From: Candidatus Nomurabacteria bacterium
Lineage (GTDB): Bacteria; Patescibacteriota; Minisyncoccia; Phycocordibacterales; UBA9973
Assembly: GCA_016699365.1 (NCBI GenBank)
Contig: CP064973.1
Span: 301,684-365,683, forward strand
Length of the DNA stretch: 64,000 bases
Direction of reading: 5' to 3'
Every line of letters starts with the position of its first letter. The first letter of the stretch is position 1. Under the pieces are notes generated by a model. The model saw only the letters and a program-made list of their open reading frames with translations, searched no databases and had not been told where the DNA came from. The position numbers and the translations under genes were made by a program. This document shows, piece after piece, positions 60,192 through 64,000 of the stretch.

Positions 60192-60599
60192 ATGAAGGCT
60201 TCAATTCCAAATTACAGACAGTCACCTAGAAAGGTTCGCTTAGTTGCGGATTTGATTAAGGGCAAGAAAGTAAAAGATGCTGAATTGGCTCTATCTTTTT
60301 TACCTAAGCGCGCAGCAACACCACTTTTGGTTTTGTTACGTTCAGCTGTTGCAAATGCAACTCAAAATTCTGGCATTAAAGTAGAGAATCTTGTAGTTTC
60401 AGATGTTAGAGTAGACAAAGGAGTAACCATGAAGCGTTTCATGCCTCGTGCACGTGGTTCTGCATCTCGTATAAACAAGAGATCAAGTCATGTATTGCTT
60501 GTTTTGTCTGAAAAGGTAGAGAAAGCAAAAGCAGTAAAGACAAAGACTTCAACAGCAAAGAAAGCAGCACCAAAGAAGGCTAAAAAAGTAACTGAATAA
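60192..60599 (+). CDS. rplV: 50S ribosomal protein L22
   Basis: Conserved order; family pattern. Confidence 0.85.
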   Translation: MKASIPNYRQSPRKVRLVADLIKGKKVKDAELALSFLPKRAATPLLVLLRSAVANATQNSGIKVENLVVSDVRVDKGVTMKRFMPRARGSASRINKRSSHVLLVLSEKVEKAKAVKTKTSTAKKAAPKKAKKVTE

Positions 60600-60619
60600 T
60601 ATTTTTTAAATAATAATTT

Positions 60620-61285
60620 ATGTCAAAAATTGTCCACCCATATGCACATCGCCTAGTAATACTCAGAGATTGGAAATCTCGTTGGTTTGCTAGTGGTAAA
60701 AAATATGTAGATTTTCTACGTGTTGATGTTTTGATACGTGAATACCTAGAGAAGAGACTTCGTGGATCTTATGTTTCATCTATTGAGGTAGAAAGAAACC
60801 AAAAGGCTTTTCGTATAATAATACGCACATCAAGACCAGGTATGCTTATTGGTAGAAATGGAGAAGGATCAATCAAGCTAAAAGCAGACATAATCAAAGA
60901 AATAAACAAACTAGGCATAAAGCCATCTGAAGAGATAAAGATAGATATAGTTGAAGTTGCTCAACCAGAAGCAGATGCAGCTCTTGTGGCTTACATGATT
61001 GCTGAAGGTCTTGAAAAGAGACTTCCTTACAGACGTGTTTTGAAACAGACAGTTGAGAAAGTTATGTCAGTAAGAGGTGTTGAAGGAGCTCGTATTGTTG
61101 TAGGAGGAAGATTGGGAGGAGCAGAAATCGCAAGAAGTGAGGAAATAAAGCGTGGTTCAATACCACTACAAACTTTCCGAGCTGATATTGATTTCGCACG
61201 CGAAAAGGCACACCTACCTTACGGAGATGTTGGTATCAAAGTTTGGATTTATCGTGGACAAGTTTTTCAAAAAGATAAGAAATAA
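60620..61285 (+). CDS. rpsC: 30S ribosomal protein S3
   Basis: KH domain followed by S3-C pattern. Confidence 0.9.
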   Translation: MSKIVHPYAHRLVILRDWKSRWFASGKKYVDFLRVDVLIREYLEKRLRGSYVSSIEVERNQKAFRIIIRTSRPGMLIGRNGEGSIKLKADIIKEINKLGIKPSEEIKIDIVEVAQPEADAALVAYMIAEGLEKRLPYRRVLKQTVEKVMSVRGVEGARIVVGGRLGGAEIARSEEIKRGSIPLQTFRADIDFAREKAHLPYGDVGIKVWIYRGQVFQKDKK

Positions 61286-61300
61286 TTTTAATTTAAATTT

Positions 61301-61723
61301 ATGTTAGTCCCAAAGAAAGTAAAACATCGAAAATGGCAACGTGCACGTAAAGATATCTCAAAGCTCGGAAGTGATACGAGAGGTACTTCAGTGTCCTTCG
61401 GTTCTTATGGAATCAAGGCGACATCAAGTGCACGTGTTATGTCAAATCAAATCGAATCTGCTCGTAAGGCAATGACTCGTGCACTAGGTAAAACTGGTCG
61501 CGTTTGGATTCGAATATTCCCTGATCGTCCTGTAACAGCAAAACCACCAGAAGTGGGTATGGGAAAAGGAAAAGGAGATCTACAAGGATATTGCTTTGAA
61601 GTTAGACCAGGACGTGTTATTTTCGAAGTTGATGGTGTTGACGAGCGTATTGCTCGTGAGGCTCTACGAAAGGCTGGAACAAAGCTTCCTATGAAGACTA
61701 AGGTAGTAAGTCGCGAATTGTAA
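61301..61723 (+). CDS. rplP: 50S ribosomal protein L16
   Basis: MLVPKKVKHRK... Confidence 0.9.
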   Translation: MLVPKKVKHRKWQRARKDISKLGSDTRGTSVSFGSYGIKATSSARVMSNQIESARKAMTRALGKTGRVWIRIFPDRPVTAKPPEVGMGKGKGDLQGYCFEVRPGRVIFEVDGVDERIAREALRKAGTKLPMKTKVVSREL

Positions 61724-61728
61724 AATTT

Positions 61729-61911
61729 ATGAAAAAGATGAAAGATATTAAAATAGAAGATATGGAAAAGGAACTAGCAGATGCTCGTGAAGCTCTTTCA
61801 AGTTTCAATTTCAATCTTTCTGGCGCAAAAACAAAGGATGTTCGCGCGGGTCGCAATACAAGAAGAAAAATCGCACGTATTTTAACAGAATTACGTCTAC
61901 GAAAAGCATAA
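61729..61911 (+). CDS. rpmC: 50S ribosomal protein L29
   Basis: Size and conserved order. Confidence 0.8.
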   Translation: MKKMKDIKIEDMEKELADAREALSSFNFNLSGAKTKDVRAGRNTRRKIARILTELRLRKA

Positions 61912-61915
61912 AACT

Positions 61916-62161
61916 ATGAAAACAGAAGTTGTAAAAAAGAAGAAGGTTCTAAATGGTGTAGTTGTATCAAACAAGATGGACAAGACTGCGGTTGTTTCAG
62001 TTTCGAATTTCAATAAGCATCCTAAGTACCAAAAATATATTAAAGTTTCAAAAAAATACAAAGCACATGATGAAGACAATAGTGCTGTGGTCGGACAAAA
62101 TGTAATGATTGAAGAATGTTCTCCTATTTCAAAGGACAAGCATTTTAAAATCATCAAATAA
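61916..62161 (+). CDS. rpsQ: 30S ribosomal protein S17
   Basis: Size and conserved order. Confidence 0.85.
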   Translation: MKTEVVKKKKVLNGVVVSNKMDKTAVVSVSNFNKHPKYQKYIKVSKKYKAHDEDNSAVVGQNVMIEECSPISKDKHFKIIK

Positions 62162-62186
62162 TAATCTTAATTTTTAAAATAATTTT

Positions 62187-62558
62187 ATGCTTCAAGATGG
62201 ATCAGTTGTAAAAATAACAGACAATGCCGGAGGAAAGATCGGTAAAGTTTTCAAAGTACTCGGAGCTGCAAAAAAGAGATATGCTCGCATAGGGGATATT
62301 GTCATCATTTCAGTTAAGATCGCAGAACCTCGTAAGGCTGTAAAGAAAAAAGATGTCCACCAAGCTGTAGTAGTACGCACTACAAATGCTTTCCGCAGAA
62401 AGGATGGTTCATATATCAGATTTGATGATAACGCAGTTGTTATCCTTGAAAAAGGTAAGCTTGAGCCAAAAGCGGGACGCATATTTGGACCAATACCTCG
62501 TGAGTTGGCAGAAAAAGGTTACCAGAAAATAGTATCCCTTGCTCCAGAGGTTCTATAA
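62187..62558 (+). CDS. rplN: 50S ribosomal protein L14
   Basis: L14 family pattern. Confidence 0.9.
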   Translation: MLQDGSVVKITDNAGGKIGKVFKVLGAAKKRYARIGDIVIISVKIAEPRKAVKKKDVHQAVVVRTTNAFRRKDGSYIRFDDNAVVILEKGKLEPKAGRIFGPIPRELAEKGYQKIVSLAPEVL

Positions 62559-62581
62559 AAAAAGTTTTAATAAACAAAATT

Positions 62582-62833
62582 ATGAAAATCAAGAAAGGAG
62601 ACAATGTAATAGTGCTAACAGGTAAGGATAAAGGCAAGAGTGGATCTGTCTTGAAGGCTATTCCTAGTGAAAATAAAGTTGTTATTGATGGAATAAATAA
62701 AAAAAAGAAGCATATTCGTAGCCGTGCAAGAGGTGCAAAAGGACAAGTAGTCGAAGTTTCTCTACCAATACACGCATCAAATGTTAAACTGAAGAGTGAT
62801 GCAGCGGCAAAACCTAAAAAGACTAAGAAATAA
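62582..62833 (+). CDS. rplX: 50S ribosomal protein L24
   Basis: KOW motif MKIKKGDNVIVLTGKDKGK. Confidence 0.85.
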   Translation: MKIKKGDNVIVLTGKDKGKSGSVLKAIPSENKVVIDGINKKKKHIRSRARGAKGQVVEVSLPIHASNVKLKSDAAAKPKKTKK

Positions 62834-62835
62834 TT

Positions 62836-63375
62836 ATGGAACCAATAAAGATAAAAGAAGAAAAAGCATATGAGATTATGAAAGCTAAGCGCGGTTATAA
62901 AAACCGTCTTGCCTCACCTCGTTTGTTGAAAGTCATAGTTGCATCTGGTACAGGTAGTGGAATCAAAAAGGATAAGAATCGCAATGAATTCATAATTGGC
63001 CGTCTTGCAAAGATCACAGGTCAAAAACCAGCAACAAAAAGTGCAAAGAAATCTATCGCTAGTTTTAAAGTTAGACAAGGAGATCCAGTTGGAGTTATGG
63101 TTACTCTACGCGGGGCTCGTATGTATGGATTCCTAGATAAACTGACAAACGTCGCTATCCCTCGTATGAAAGACTTCCGAGGTATTGAGACAAAGATCGT
63201 TGATTCTATAGGAAACTTAACTCTTCCAATCCGCGAACACACTATTTTCCCAGAAACAGGTGACGAAGAACTAAAAGATGTGTTTGGACTTGCTATTACA
63301 GTAGTAACAAGTGCAAAAACAAAAGAAGAAGCACTTGAATTCTTCACACTCCTAGGTTTTCCTTTCAAGAAATAA
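62836..63375 (+). CDS. rplE: 50S ribosomal protein L5
   Basis: L5 family pattern. Confidence 0.9.
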   Translation: MEPIKIKEEKAYEIMKAKRGYKNRLASPRLLKVIVASGTGSGIKKDKNRNEFIIGRLAKITGQKPATKSAKKSIASFKVRQGDPVGVMVTLRGARMYGFLDKLTNVAIPRMKDFRGIETKIVDSIGNLTLPIREHTIFPETGDEELKDVFGLAITVVTSAKTKEEALEFFTLLGFPFKK

Positions 63376-63389
63376 AAATATTTTATAAA

Positions 63390-63426
63390 ACAAAATCCCC
63401 TGCATATGCAGGGGATTTTGTTTTAT
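63390..63426 (+). terminator. Rho-independent terminator, 14-bp perfect palindrome AAAATCCCCTGCAT/ATGCAGGGGATTTT
   Basis: Strong hairpin plus T run right after rplE. Confidence 0.75.
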
Positions 63427-63453
63427 AAAGCAAACAAGATACAATGTTATTTA

Positions 63454-64000
63454 TGAATACAAATATGGAAATCAATCCAACTGATACAAGTAAAAAAGAA
63501 GATATCACTCCTATAGAACTTCAGGCTCTTTTAGCTGAACAGTCAGCTGCTGAGCAAGCTGTAACTCAAAAAGAACAGGAGCTTATGATCGCAAAGCAGA
63601 AATTAGAAGATATAAACAGTCGCATTACAAAAAGCAGAGAAACTGTTGTTGAAAACAAGATTCCAGAAACCATAGAGGCGTATACACACACAGAGGTATC
63701 TCAAAATTTGGAAACTCCTATAGTAAGTCCTACTCAAGAATCTGAAAATACTCCGGTAGTTAAAAGTGAAAACATGTTTTCCGTAGGTGAAGAAAGATAT
63801 GAAATGATTGCTTCTAAGATTTCTTCTGTAAAAGAAAATGTAAAATCTCGTGTTTCAGGTATGGGCAACAAATTAGGAAATTTCTTTAGAAAAATAAAAG
63901 ACTTTGGTTACGAAATACCTAAAAATATTTCTGTGGCTATTTTATCTACTGACAAAATAATAGAGTCTGGTTTGAATATGGGCACAAAAGGTTTGGATGC
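63454..64000 (+). CDS. Hypothetical protein, 5' part (the ORF runs off the window end); coiled-coil N-terminus
   Basis: Open frame from the ATG at 63454 to the end of the window without a stop. It sits where rpsN/rpsH would be expected. Confidence 0.4.

Noticed and set aside
1-64000. Possible alternative genetic code (UGA as a sense codon, as in some CPR lineages)
   Set aside because: Conserved genes (tuf, fusA, ribosomal proteins, pcrA) are intact under the standard code, and most genes end in TAA, so there is no evidence for recoding.
1-64000. tRNA, rRNA and CRISPR arrays
   Set aside because: No T-loop-like GGTTCGAATCC-type motifs with an appropriate acceptor stem were seen in the intergenic regions, and there are no regularly spaced direct repeats with spacers.

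Overview
This window is AT-rich (~35% GC), gene-dense bacterial chromosome using the standard genetic code. Its gene content and organisation suggest a small-genome, possibly CPR/Patescibacteria-like organism: many hypothetical surface proteins, a split ComEC, and a type IV pilus operon. Order of content: a type IV pilus operon (pilB 3' part, pilC, three prepilin-type proteins); tpiA-pgk; a divergent LysM-M23 peptidase; an operon of three large unknown proteins; pcrA/uvrD and rsmA; a roughly 14 kb cluster of secreted and membrane proteins around a VirB4-type ATPase (T4SS-like: VirB6-like, VirB3-like, VirB4, and a pilin-like/L,D-transpeptidase fusion); HIT; a recJ broken by two homopolymer frameshifts; rnhA; a split comEC (membrane domain and separate MBL gene) flanking an esterase and SOD; rpmB; an M50 protease; a Cys-rich repeat membrane protein; two paralogous membrane-anchored 'tail-fibre-like' proteins with S74-type C-terminal domains and a 173-nt identical 5' cassette; then an interrupted str operon (rpsL-rpsG-fusA ... 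tuf) and the S10/spc ribosomal operon with a foreign 105-aa gene inserted between rplB and rpsS. Noncoding highlights are two homologous copies of a highly structured intergenic element (candidate ncRNA/repeat family) downstream of terminators, one copy flanked by a perfect 27-nt direct repeat. Most operons end in clear Rho-independent terminators. I found no tRNA, rRNA, CRISPR, transposase or integrase.
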